Source: Pseudomonadota bacterium
GTDB taxonomy: Bacteria; Pseudomonadota; Gammaproteobacteria; UBA4575
Assembly: GCA_039182865.1 (NCBI GenBank)
Contig: JBCDBX010000003.1
Location: forward strand, 1,343 to 65,342
Direction: 5' to 3'
DNA: 64,000 nt
Shown here: positions 29,451 through 39,380 of the stretch, piece after piece
How positions within the stretch are numbered: the stretch's first letter is position 1
Layout: every line of letters starts with the position of its first letter
Notes under the pieces: model-generated
Told to the model about the DNA's origin: nothing
Seen by the model: the letters and a program-made list of their open reading frames with translations, nothing else
The model's database searches: none
Position numbers and translations under genes: made by a program

Positions 29451-32400
29451 TTAGCTCGCATAGTTTTCATCTGCTAAATTTTGAATTGCTGGATAGTTTA
29501 ACTTACCTGTGCCCAGCACGGGAATTTCTTTTAACACTAAAATCTCTCTTGGCACCATCAATTCACTGCCACCGCGTTGTGAAAAATATTCTTGTATAGA
29601 CTTCCTATCAGCATACTGTTGGGTCGTGACCAATATTAATTTTTCACCTTTTCGCTCATCTGACACTGCACATACACAGTGCTGTTCATGCGGCCACAAA
29701 GCACCAATCCAGCCTTCAACTTGCGTTAAAGAAATCATCTCACCGCCAATTTTCGCAAATCGTTTAGCTCGGCCCAGTATAGTAAGAAAGCCCTCATTAT
29801 CAATATCGACAATGTCACCCGTATCATGCCAACCTTCACTAGGGGGCTGAAGAATTCCTGGTTTATCCGCCTTTAGGTAACCCAACATGATATTGCAGCC
29901 ATTCACAAACAGTCGCCCTCCATGATCAATACCCGGTACACTTTCTAACTTTGCATTGATACCAGGAAATAAGCGCCCAACTGATCCCTCTTTATAATGG
30001 CTGTAGTTATTAATGCTAAGCGCAGGTGAGGTTTCGGTGACGCCGTAGCCCTCAAATATTCGTACGCCAAATTTTGCCATCCACTTTTCTCGAGTCGATT
30101 GCTTTAACTTTTCAGCACCTGCAATCACATAACGGGTAAATTGAAAGTCTTCGTTATCACCATGTTTAGCGTAACCGCTAAGAAAGGTATCCGTACCAAA
30201 TATCACCGTCGTTTGAGTGTCATAGACTAGCTCCGGCACTATTTTATAATGCAGTGGTGAAGGATATAAAAATGTTCTAATTCCACATGAGATAGGCAAC
30301 ACTAGCCCTACTCCAAGACCAAATGAATGAAATACGGGCAAAGCATTAAAAAAACGATCCCTAGATGAAAAGTCTAAGCATGCCCTGACTTGTGCTTGAT
30401 TCGATAACAAATTTTTATGACTTAATACTACACCTTTGGGAGTGCCCTCTGAGCCTGAAGTAAATAATACAACTGCTGCATCTTCCGGTCTGCGTTGCTT
30501 AGTAAATATCCCCCATTTAGTTTTAGCTTTAAATAAGCCGACAAGTTTATCTACAAGACCAATACTCTGTTTTACATCCTCAAGATAAACTAAATTGACT
30601 TTTTGCTTGAGACTTTCTTCTAAGACTTCAAGCTGTGCCAATTCAATAAACTTGCGCGAGGTTAATACGGTTTTTATTTCTGCTGTTTCTATCGCCGATA
30701 AAACACTATCTTTACCTGCAGTAAAATTAAGCATTGCTGGCACAGCACCAATATTTTGTAGCGCATAAAAAGTGACAGCTGTCGGAATTGCATTGGGCAA
30801 TAAGACCCCTGTATTTTCACCAGATTCTGCATATCGACTCAAGCTTCTACCTAATACAATAGATCCCAAAAGCAGCTTATTCAATGTAATAGGGTTACGC
30901 TGAATATCATCTAATATTTCAAAATTTCCACCCTTTAACTTAATAGAGTCTGTTAGTACACGAAATAAAGTGGTATCAGTATTTGTTGTCTGATATATAC
31001 AATCAGTCATCACATCATAAACGACTCTGCGTAATGCACGCTTCTTTGCCTCGCCATGTAAATCCCGGGAGATATTAATTTCTGCTGGCGGACAGATTGT
31101 TATAGTGATCTTTGGGAGTACTCTTTGCTTAACCAGACCTTTGAGTCTTCCAAATCCCGTGAGATGAGCACCATCGATTCTTACAGGGATAAATTTTGCT
31201 CTACCTAATTCGGCTATTTTTCCTGGGCCTTCGTAAATCTTCATTAGACTACCCGTATTAGTGATGCGACCTTCTGGAAAAATAACAACTCTCCTACCAT
31301 CGCGAAGCATCTTAATTAAGCTTTTGATTGCCATTGGCTGGGAAGAATCCAAAGGGAACATCTCAAAAAATTGAGTGAATATTTTAACCCACCATCTTTT
31401 ATTAACATCTGTGTTAATCGCAAACACAGGCATATCAGGCAAATAGCTCATCAACAAAGGTCCATCTAAAAAAGAAGTATGATTAGAGACAATCACATAA
31501 TGACCTTTATCATTGGGATAATTCTCTAATCCCCGAACATCTACCCTATATAAAAGTTTAAATAGTATTCGTCCAAAAGTTTTCATTGAATCACTAGGAA
31601 TAATTTTCATAATGAATAACGCTACCAAAAAATTAAGTATTGCCAACATCCAAAATAAATCTGGGATAGTAAATCCTTGTTTCAAAACTAAGATAACAAG
31701 AATAGAAGCCATCACCATAAACAAGGCATTTGAAATGTTATTCGCAGCGACAGTCCTTGAGCGACGTTTGTTTTCGACTCGTTTTTGTAAAAGCGTATAT
31801 AGAGGAACGATATAAAATCCCGCCGATACCGCCAACACCAACATGTCAATGAATGCACGCCAATGTTGTGGATGTTTTATGAATTCATTTAAAGTGTAAT
31901 GAGCATTAGGACTAGAATGCTGTGATATTTGCTCACTTGCCAAATACAAATCGAGACTAAATATTGACATCAGTATCGCTGCCAATGGTACATACCTAGC
32001 ACTGATATCACCTTTTAAAATTCGGCTACACAATAGCGAACCGATGCCTATACCTATAGTAAACATCACCAATGCAAAAACTGCCACATCCTCGTTGCCA
32101 TGATATACATCAGCAATAAGAGGATTAATCTGCGACTGCATCACATATCCCAAAAACCAGAACCAAGATATGCCGAAAATTAATCGTTTAATGTCCCAAC
32201 GATCAGTTCCTAATTTATAAATATCATAAGTTTGTTTAAAGACATTGGCACTTAGGTGTATAGAGGGATTAGCACTTACCAACTTTGGAATTAAAAAACT
32301 AATTGACCATCCTAATCCCGCGCACACAAGAAGGACAATTGCTATATTTTTTGAGCCTTCATTACCTAAGATTAATAAACCGCCAACAATAGTTCCCAAT

Positions 32401-32873
32401 AATATTGATAAGAAAGTACCCGCTTCAATTAAAGCATTACCCGATAGCAGTTCTTTATCTTTAAGCAATTCTGGAAGAATTCCGTATTTAGAAGGACCAA
32501 ATAACGCAGACTGCAAACCTGTTAACATTAAGCACATAAATAAAAGGACTACATCATCTTTCATAAATGCATATGCTGCAGTTAAAAGTACTAGCATTTC
32601 AAATGCTTTGATGTAACGAATTAGGCGATTCTTTTCATACTTATCAGCTAAAAGACCACCAAATGCAGAAAAAAGAAAGAAAGGCAGAATAAACAAGCCT
32701 GCAGCTGCCATGTTTAATATAGATGCTTGCATACCTAGCTCTGTTGCAAACTTATATGTGATCAAAATCAGCAGTGCTGATTTAAAAACATTATCAGTAA
32801 ATGCACCTAGAAATTGCACGCAAAACATTGGCGCAAATCGCTTGGTAAAAAGTAAAAAGAATAATTGACTCAC
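29451..32873 (-). CDS. aas: Tri-domain lysophospholipid transporter LplT / 2-acyl-GPE acyltransferase / acyl-ACP synthetase fusion (Aas)
   Basis: 1140 aa. The N-terminal MFS region is colinear with LplT (VQFLGAFTDN...). The middle is a PlsC-like acyltransferase (VIVSNHTSFLDGP). The C-terminus is an AMP-binding acyl-ACP synthetase (TSGSEGTPKGVVLSH...). Confidence 0.8.
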   Translation of the reverse strand: MSQLFFLLFTKRFAPMFCVQFLGAFTDNVFKSALLILITYKFATELGMQASILNMAAAGLFILPFFLFSAFGGLLADKYEKNRLIRYIKAFEMLVLLTAAYAFMKDDVVLLFMCLMLTGLQSALFGPSKYGILPELLKDKELLSGNALIEAGTFLSILLGTIVGGLLILGNEGSKNIAIVLLVCAGLGWSISFLIPKLVSANPSIHLSANVFKQTYDIYKLGTDRWDIKRLIFGISWFWFLGYVMQSQINPLIADVYHGNEDVAVFALVMFTIGIGIGSLLCSRILKGDISARYVPLAAILMSIFSLDLYLASEQISQHSSPNAHYTLNEFIKHPQHWRAFIDMLVLAVSAGFYIVPLYTLLQKRVENKRRSRTVAANNISNALFMVMASILVILVLKQGFTIPDLFWMLAILNFLVALFIMKIIPSDSMKTFGRILFKLLYRVDVRGLENYPNDKGHYVIVSNHTSFLDGPLLMSYLPDMPVFAINTDVNKRWWVKIFTQFFEMFPLDSSQPMAIKSLIKMLRDGRRVVIFPEGRITNTGSLMKIYEGPGKIAELGRAKFIPVRIDGAHLTGFGRLKGLVKQRVLPKITITICPPAEINISRDLHGEAKKRALRRVVYDVMTDCIYQTTNTDTTLFRVLTDSIKLKGGNFEILDDIQRNPITLNKLLLGSIVLGRSLSRYAESGENTGVLLPNAIPTAVTFYALQNIGAVPAMLNFTAGKDSVLSAIETAEIKTVLTSRKFIELAQLEVLEESLKQKVNLVYLEDVKQSIGLVDKLVGLFKAKTKWGIFTKQRRPEDAAVVLFTSGSEGTPKGVVLSHKNLLSNQAQVRACLDFSSRDRFFNALPVFHSFGLGVGLVLPISCGIRTFLYPSPLHYKIVPELVYDTQTTVIFGTDTFLSGYAKHGDNEDFQFTRYVIAGAEKLKQSTREKWMAKFGVRIFEGYGVTETSPALSINNYSHYKEGSVGRLFPGINAKLESVPGIDHGGRLFVNGCNIMLGYLKADKPGILQPPSEGWHDTGDIVDIDNEGFLTILGRAKRFAKIGGEMISLTQVEGWIGALWPHEQHCVCAVSDERKGEKLILVTTQQYADRKSIQEYFSQRGGSELMVPREILVLKEIPVLGTGKLNYPAIQNLADENYAS

Positions 32874-32985
32874 TACTTATAATCCTGTATTTCTACAACT
32901 CGTTATAAATATTTTCTAGTTAAAACTATTATGGCACGGATCAATCAAGCTTAATATATAAGTATACGATTTGTAGGAGAAAGCT

Positions 32986-33297
32986 ATGCATGCTGTAACT
33001 AACCGGGTATTTGTTCATCCTGATTGGCATAAAGAATTTGAACAACGCTTTCAGAAGCGTGCAGGACAAATTGATAAACAAAATGGCTTTAAGCGTATGC
33101 AAATTTTACGGCCATGCTCAGATGATGCGCCATATCTAGTTTATACAGAGTGGGAAAATGAAGATGCTTTTAAGTCATGGGTAGGAAGCGAAGACTTTAA
33201 GATTGCTCATCAGAATCCTATGCCTGAGGAAGCCTTTTCAGGGAAAGGTGGACTTGAGCAACATACTGTAATTATTTCTACTGAGAAGGCCAATTAA
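32986..33297 (+). CDS. Antibiotic-biosynthesis-monooxygenase (ABM) domain protein
   Basis: 103-aa ferredoxin-like fold pattern typical of small ABM proteins. Confidence 0.5.
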   Translation: MHAVTNRVFVHPDWHKEFEQRFQKRAGQIDKQNGFKRMQILRPCSDDAPYLVYTEWENEDAFKSWVGSEDFKIAHQNPMPEEAFSGKGGLEQHTVIISTEKAN

Positions 33298-33363
33298 TAA
33301 GACTTTAACTACAACTTATTCATTAAGATTATAAATTTAATTCATTGAAATATTTGCTGGATT

Positions 33364-36300
33364 TTACTTATAGCTATTCAGAAGACTACGCATTGTATTG
33401 GTATCAAATTTAATACGTAATTTTGCAAATGGTCCATCAGCTGTATATTCGGCACCACTGAAGTCATCGTCCTCAAACCCATCAAAATTATATCCAAGAC
33501 TCACCCAAACATTTTGATAAACATTGACACCTACCGATGGGCCAAATGAATATCTAAAGTTCTCAGAGTTGCTTGAATTCAAAATAGAGGTTTGGAAAGA
33601 AAGGTCAACACGACGATGAATATCATAACGATATCTAAAACCAAGTAATTGAGTAAAACCATCAAACTCATCACCATCGATATCATCAAGCACATATTTG
33701 GCACCCCAATGTATGCCTAATTGATGCAGATCATCAACAGTATAATTTAAGTTAAGATTATTAATTAGTGATCTTGAACGAATATCTAATGAATCACTTA
33801 CATCTTCACTAAATGAAAATTCTAAACGATTTAATATCGTATATGGACTATGGTCAGGTCTAAACGCAAGTGCATATGTCGCATCAGCAGTAACATTATT
33901 GCCACCGCCTTTTGTATCTGTTTCAAATATCTGAGTATCAAACGACATGCCTAAGCCTGTAAACTCTTCGCTATAGAGACCAAACAAGACACCGCGTTGT
34001 ATATCTGTGTCACTGGTACGATACTCCATCCTAGACGCTGCCGACCAATTTGTTTGCACATAATTCGCACCAAGAGAAAGCGCAGTAAAATCACCTGACA
34101 CACTTCCTGATGATAATGGAACGTTGTCATTAAATGGTGTTACACCCTCATCATTCAATGTATCCAATCTGTCAACACTGACATCTAATGACAAATGATC
34201 GTTGTATTGCCAGCCTTGCGTCAAACCCAAATTACTAAACAAGCGTTTTCCATTCTCACCTGATTGCTGTTCTACACTGGTATTAATTTCAGCCTGACTC
34301 CAAGGAATTAAACGTGTTCCAATCCGTGTTGTATTGGTATCCTGATCTTCACCTTGGGTATACTCATGTTCAGTAAATAATTCAGAAATTTCATTTAATT
34401 TATAATCCGCACCTGCAATATAACGTGTAGGATAATCAACAGAGTTGTCTGAGTTTACATCTATCTCGGCATTGGCACGCAAATTAAGTCTATTATCCAT
34501 TAACCTCTTTGCAGCTCCTGCGGTAACGAGTACAGATTCTCTATCTTCCTGTTGTGATAATTCATCTTTTGCATATGCCAAACCGGCAGCAAGACCATAT
34601 CCATTTTTATTATAGTTGAGCTCAACGTCTGCAACCGTACGTTTATTATTGTCAGATAAAACCTCATCACGAAATGCCTGACCATTGACTTCTACTGATT
34701 CATTAACACGATATCTCAGATCTGCACCATATCGTTCAGCACCATCATTGTTCTGACTTTGTTGATCTAAACCAAACCCTTCATCTTGCCTGCGGTAATA
34801 CACCAATGTATTGATTTTTTCTGTGCGGTGTTCTACTTCGGCCAATAACGCATCATTATTTTCATCACCATCTCCTGTATCAACACTACTGCGTGCTGCC
34901 TCTAAACGTACTTGAGTCTGCTCAGAAACGTTATATTCAAAATCTGCGCCAATAAGATCACCATCGGCATCTTCATCGCCCTGAGTAATAGCACTGATTC
35001 CGACTTCTATGCCGCGCTCTTTATCATATAAAGCAGCACGAATTCCGGCAGTTAATTCCTTATCTCCAGAGTTCTCTACTTCATAATCTGCAACAATAAA
35101 AACTGGATTAAAGTTTTGGTCGCGACTTGGGATCGGCTGTTTAAAGAATATCGTGCCATTATTAGTATCAATCGTGTAATCAACAAATTGTGTCAGTTGC
35201 ACATCACTGATAATTATATTGGGCTGAAATCTATCGCGTGTCACAATTGATACCTGCTCACTATTAATCACAATATCATTGTTCGATAACTGATATAGCC
35301 CCGAGGTACCATTCCCTTGAATTTCATCTTGCACAAATCTTTGATCGGTTTCAGACGCAAATGCATTAAAGCCAAATCGATTCCCCTCATATTCTGCTTT
35401 AGCGCCCGTTAAACTTCGTGTATATCTAGAGAGTTCTGTCACATCCATGTCTGTATTAAAATCACCAAATAAAGTATAAAACTGATTCTTCTCAAGTCTT
35501 ACATATAGCTTATCAGAGCTTGCGGCATCAAATTGTTGTTCAGTCGCATCTCCATAAAGCGTGTAATATTCATCTGGTGCGATTGTTTGGAATAACCTGT
35601 CATCTCTCTCGTCATCTCCACGTTCAGAGTCATAAGCCAGTGTCAACAACCATTCACCTTTAACCTGACCTTTGGCATAAAAGGCTAGGCGACCATCCTC
35701 ATAAAAATCTTCTTCAATATTATTATCACTTAAAGCACGCGCATTGCCAGAGACATTGTTATAACCTGTAGACCCCTCTGCAAGTCCAACTAAGATCCAT
35801 TCTTTTTGGACAGCTTGAATCCATGCATCTATAGATTCTTCTCGATCGTCAATAAATAAAAAATCTAGCGTTAGCTTACCGCCTAAAGTTGAAGGTTCAA
35901 TATCGATAAATGCGATACCATCTTGCTCAACTTTATATGTCAATCTACTAGAAGTAAGGCCATTCAAAGGTTGTTTGTCTAGCTCTCTTGTCTCTTGAAG
36001 CGACGTATAACCTTGAGAAAGTCCGTATTCGCCAATGATTTCTGGGCGTGCAGGGTAACCCCATTTGTCGAAAAACTTGACGGCAAGAACAATGGGGTTC
36101 TTACCATCTGCGATCAACCTTGAATATTCCGGAACTAACTGTGCTTTAATAGGCTGTCCAGAATAATGTATTGTTTGAGTAACCTGCTCCAACTGAATAT
36201 CATCTTCGCTATACGTGGTAGCAACAAAAACATTATCACCCTCTACAAGATCAACACCCTTCCAGCGATCAATTAATTTCTTCTTATCAGAACTAGTCGT

Positions 36301-39300
36301 TCTAGAATCAAAATTAAGTGCACTGACTTCTTTACCATTAAGCTCTAATTTTAGTTTTGTATTTACAGCACGCTTAATCTCAATCTGTATCGCGTTGATA
36401 AAAGGATTATAATTATCTCTGGGTGATAACCATTGCAATGAGTCATCCTGCTGATTCAACCATGTGACTGTAAACTCTGCTTCTTCAGCAACTGGCAAAC
36501 TCTCCCTTGGATGTACATAGTCACCAATCAACTCGTGTTTATTTAATAACTCTTGCTCACTCTTGTTGTTAGTGTTTCTGACAAATTTATCATCACCATC
36601 GATGATTATAGTATTCTCGATCACAGGAGATTGTGAGTTCAAGTTGCCCTCATGGTCATAAGTTAGCAAAAACTCTGTTTTATATTCACCATTAGCAAGA
36701 GATGGCATTTTTGCACTCAGTTCTAACACATACGTCCAATCACTGGTTTGTGGCACTCCAAGACTTATATTCAATGTCCCAAATAAGTTTCTCGCTTCAT
36801 AACCACTTTTACCATTCACCTTTATACTATCTTGAATAAATTTAAACTCACTAGGCAATATCACACTCGCATTAATATTACCTAAAGGCTGTTGTATACC
36901 TTGTAGCGTCATCGTATATCTAACTAGATCATTAAGTACTACACTATCAATCTGGGTATGTAATTTTCCTTTTTCTGGTGGTTTTTCTTTTAAGTAAAAA
37001 TTTGAACGCCATAACAATCCTGCATCGATATCCGCAAACTGTGACATCTTTGAACCGGCAGTACGCGTATTTTGCACACATTCTTGTATTTCTAGATGAT
37101 TAGGTATACTACTAGGATCAATTTGAATAACATGTGTCCCTGGCTCTAGCCCTTCAAAGTGGTACATCCCTCTTTGGTCTGTTAATACATATCGGCCATC
37201 TTCTAAAACCAAGCGTATCCCCTCAACGCCTTTCATTGTTGGTATGCCAACGAACTTAACTCTACCCTTGGCTTTTGATTTTTTAACAAATAGTTTTTTA
37301 CTTTCGCTATCTGATGAAGAATTAAATGTGTATATCGTATTAATAATATCGTAATGACTCTCAAATTTAGCTTCTGATTCACTTACTTTTAAATAGGCTT
37401 CAATAACGTACTGACCAGTTTTCTCGTTGCTCACTTTAGTACTAAATGTGAGTCTTATAGAATCTAGCTGTGTATCACTTCCTAAAATATATTTAAGGCT
37501 ACCTGATTGTATAATTGGCTCTGATATTTTCTTGTTATTCAATTCTGAGGAATCTGGAACATAGCTAAGGCCATCTGGTAAGTTGAAATTAACCTCAATT
37601 GGATAATCTAGGTTCGGTAACTTTGAGATGCTTAATTCATTAAGTAATTTATCGCCAACTTTTTCAGTCAACATGTGATAAGTAGCACTCCCATAATCAA
37701 TTTTATTTTCATTTTTACATGTCCCCTCAGTGACGGTACCAATCAAGAAACTCTTTGAAGAAATCAAATCATCTTGTACATCAACGACGGCTTGCGCATC
37801 TCTAGATCTGAACCCAACAGAATCTGTAGCAAATACAGTATTTATAGCATTACCAAACGGAGTACCTGAAGAAACTTCTACAACATATTTAACTGTAACG
37901 GTCTCACCCGATGGGATATCGCCCAATGCAATAGTAATCGAAGTGCCATTATTGGCAATATTAGGATCTGCTTGCTTAACGCTATCGAATTGCAAAGAGT
38001 CTTTTTGATATCTAAAGCCAGTAGGTAGAGAATCTAAAAGATTTACGTCAATAGCTGAATTACTTGAATTGTTGTTAGTGACTGTGATCTGGTACTGCAA
38101 AAAGTCTCCAATGCCGACAACGTCTTTTGAAGCTTGTTTACTAACAAAAAGTACATCACTGATTGGGTCAATAGGAATATCAACATGTAGTGGCGGACCA
38201 ACGACTAATGGAAAATCCAATCCAAATGATGCATTAGCATCTAGAGAAAACGGAGCATTTGGTAATGTTTGTAAGGTTGCGATGCTGACGGTAGATGGAA
38301 TAACAAAATCATCGGCCGTGACTTCAAGTCTATATGTACCCGCTGCAACGAATGGAAACCGATATTCACCCGCAGCAAATGTAAAAGTTGCACCCGAACC
38401 ATCTGTCACATCATTACCGGTGACCATGGTTGAAGGATATGAAATTGTTCCAGCAGGATCTGAAAATACTGTTGCGGGTAAACCTGTTATCGCATCAATC
38501 AATGTGATAGTAAGTCCACTTACAGGCGCACCATTGTCACTGCTGAAGACAATACCGAATGGATCAATAAGTACTCTTTCTGATGCAGCATCAGTTACAT
38601 CAAAAGCATCTATATAATCTATTGTAATCGTATCACCCGATTCAACCGCAAACTGGCAGTCAAATATAGCAATTGGTGTTTCTACTGTTTGGATAAAGCC
38701 AACAAATTCGCCTGTATTATTCCCTGTTTCCATCAACTCAATGACTTCACGGTCATTAGTTGCATCTGAGCTGATGTTAATTACAAGCAGATCTGGAATA
38801 TTTATATCAAAGTTTCTGTTGGCGTCAGTGACCTTGATAAAAATAGGATTGCCGCTGCTAATCGAAGGAGCCGGCAATAAATTAACTGGGTTTGAAATAT
38901 CTATCGTACCTACTAATGGATAAGTTGGATTTGGCAATGGTGTGAATGTGCCTGTGTTTCCAACACTACAACCTGTTGGCGAAACATCACCATTAAGACC
39001 ATCCCCATTTGGTGAAAATTGTAATATCTCAAGAGTGGCGTCACTAAATATTATTGATGTTGTAACATCAACCGTATTGGAATTTCGAGTTTGCGGCGTA
39101 GCAGATACATCATAATTTGCAACCGCAGTGTTAGAAATGACGGTACCAGGTGGTACCGCAAAGAGAGTGTTTGAAGAAGAAATAAACAAAAAAACAGCAC
39201 ACAATAAAAGCAGTAAAGCCTGTTGTACTTTAAAGTATTCAACAGGCTTGATGGCTTTTTTATTTGCCTTCCGCGCACACTCATGACACGGATATTGTCT

Positions 39301-39318
39301 AGTTGCAGTCCTTTGCAT
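33364..39318 (-). CDS. Giant secreted DUF11-domain protein with Ig-like/carboxypeptidase-regulatory-like repeats and a roughly 700-aa C-terminal predicted outer-membrane beta-barrel
   Basis: 1984 aa. Long N-region then hydrophobic core ...ALLLLLCAVFLFISSSNTLFA|VPPGTVISNTA. DUF11-like segment GDFLQYQITVTNNNSSNSAIDVNLLDSLPTGFRY. CarbopepD_reg-like GVEGIRLVLEDGRYVLTDQRGMYHFEGLEPGTH. The C-terminal third is Y/G/D/N-rich with alternating amphipathic strands ending ...FAKLRIKF. Confidence 0.65.
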   Translation of the reverse strand: MQRTATRQYPCHECARKANKKAIKPVEYFKVQQALLLLLCAVFLFISSSNTLFAVPPGTVISNTAVANYDVSATPQTRNSNTVDVTTSIIFSDATLEILQFSPNGDGLNGDVSPTGCSVGNTGTFTPLPNPTYPLVGTIDISNPVNLLPAPSISSGNPIFIKVTDANRNFDINIPDLLVINISSDATNDREVIELMETGNNTGEFVGFIQTVETPIAIFDCQFAVESGDTITIDYIDAFDVTDAASERVLIDPFGIVFSSDNGAPVSGLTITLIDAITGLPATVFSDPAGTISYPSTMVTGNDVTDGSGATFTFAAGEYRFPFVAAGTYRLEVTADDFVIPSTVSIATLQTLPNAPFSLDANASFGLDFPLVVGPPLHVDIPIDPISDVLFVSKQASKDVVGIGDFLQYQITVTNNNSSNSAIDVNLLDSLPTGFRYQKDSLQFDSVKQADPNIANNGTSITIALGDIPSGETVTVKYVVEVSSGTPFGNAINTVFATDSVGFRSRDAQAVVDVQDDLISSKSFLIGTVTEGTCKNENKIDYGSATYHMLTEKVGDKLLNELSISKLPNLDYPIEVNFNLPDGLSYVPDSSELNNKKISEPIIQSGSLKYILGSDTQLDSIRLTFSTKVSNEKTGQYVIEAYLKVSESEAKFESHYDIINTIYTFNSSSDSESKKLFVKKSKAKGRVKFVGIPTMKGVEGIRLVLEDGRYVLTDQRGMYHFEGLEPGTHVIQIDPSSIPNHLEIQECVQNTRTAGSKMSQFADIDAGLLWRSNFYLKEKPPEKGKLHTQIDSVVLNDLVRYTMTLQGIQQPLGNINASVILPSEFKFIQDSIKVNGKSGYEARNLFGTLNISLGVPQTSDWTYVLELSAKMPSLANGEYKTEFLLTYDHEGNLNSQSPVIENTIIIDGDDKFVRNTNNKSEQELLNKHELIGDYVHPRESLPVAEEAEFTVTWLNQQDDSLQWLSPRDNYNPFINAIQIEIKRAVNTKLKLELNGKEVSALNFDSRTTSSDKKKLIDRWKGVDLVEGDNVFVATTYSEDDIQLEQVTQTIHYSGQPIKAQLVPEYSRLIADGKNPIVLAVKFFDKWGYPARPEIIGEYGLSQGYTSLQETRELDKQPLNGLTSSRLTYKVEQDGIAFIDIEPSTLGGKLTLDFLFIDDREESIDAWIQAVQKEWILVGLAEGSTGYNNVSGNARALSDNNIEEDFYEDGRLAFYAKGQVKGEWLLTLAYDSERGDDERDDRLFQTIAPDEYYTLYGDATEQQFDAASSDKLYVRLEKNQFYTLFGDFNTDMDVTELSRYTRSLTGAKAEYEGNRFGFNAFASETDQRFVQDEIQGNGTSGLYQLSNNDIVINSEQVSIVTRDRFQPNIIISDVQLTQFVDYTIDTNNGTIFFKQPIPSRDQNFNPVFIVADYEVENSGDKELTAGIRAALYDKERGIEVGISAITQGDEDADGDLIGADFEYNVSEQTQVRLEAARSSVDTGDGDENNDALLAEVEHRTEKINTLVYYRRQDEGFGLDQQSQNNDGAERYGADLRYRVNESVEVNGQAFRDEVLSDNNKRTVADVELNYNKNGYGLAAGLAYAKDELSQQEDRESVLVTAGAAKRLMDNRLNLRANAEIDVNSDNSVDYPTRYIAGADYKLNEISELFTEHEYTQGEDQDTNTTRIGTRLIPWSQAEINTSVEQQSGENGKRLFSNLGLTQGWQYNDHLSLDVSVDRLDTLNDEGVTPFNDNVPLSSGSVSGDFTALSLGANYVQTNWSAASRMEYRTSDTDIQRGVLFGLYSEEFTGLGMSFDTQIFETDTKGGGNNVTADATYALAFRPDHSPYTILNRLEFSFSEDVSDSLDIRSRSLINNLNLNYTVDDLHQLGIHWGAKYVLDDIDGDEFDGFTQLLGFRYRYDIHRRVDLSFQTSILNSSNSENFRYSFGPSVGVNVYQNVWVSLGYNFDGFEDDDFSGAEYTADGPFAKLRIKFDTNTMRSLLNSYK

Positions 39319-39325
39319 TAATGAG

Positions 39326-39350
39326 ATGCGCGGACTTCATGTCCGCGCAT
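39326..39350 (-). promoter_or_regulatory. GC-rich perfect hairpin in the 5' leader of the giant gene (intercistronic between genes C and D)
   Basis: ATGCGCGGAC-TTCAT-GTCCGCGCAT: 10-bp stem, 5-nt loop, 8 nt upstream of the annotated ATG at 39318. Anomalously GC-rich for this genome. Confidence 0.4.
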
Positions 39351-39380
39351 TCCTAAACTTAGGAGTTGTTACATTATTTA

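Noticed and set aside
39051-39284. 77-aa ORF overlapping the N-terminus of giant gene D in another frame.
   Set aside because: The Cys/Leu/Phe-rich translation is an out-of-frame reading of the signal-peptide region of D.
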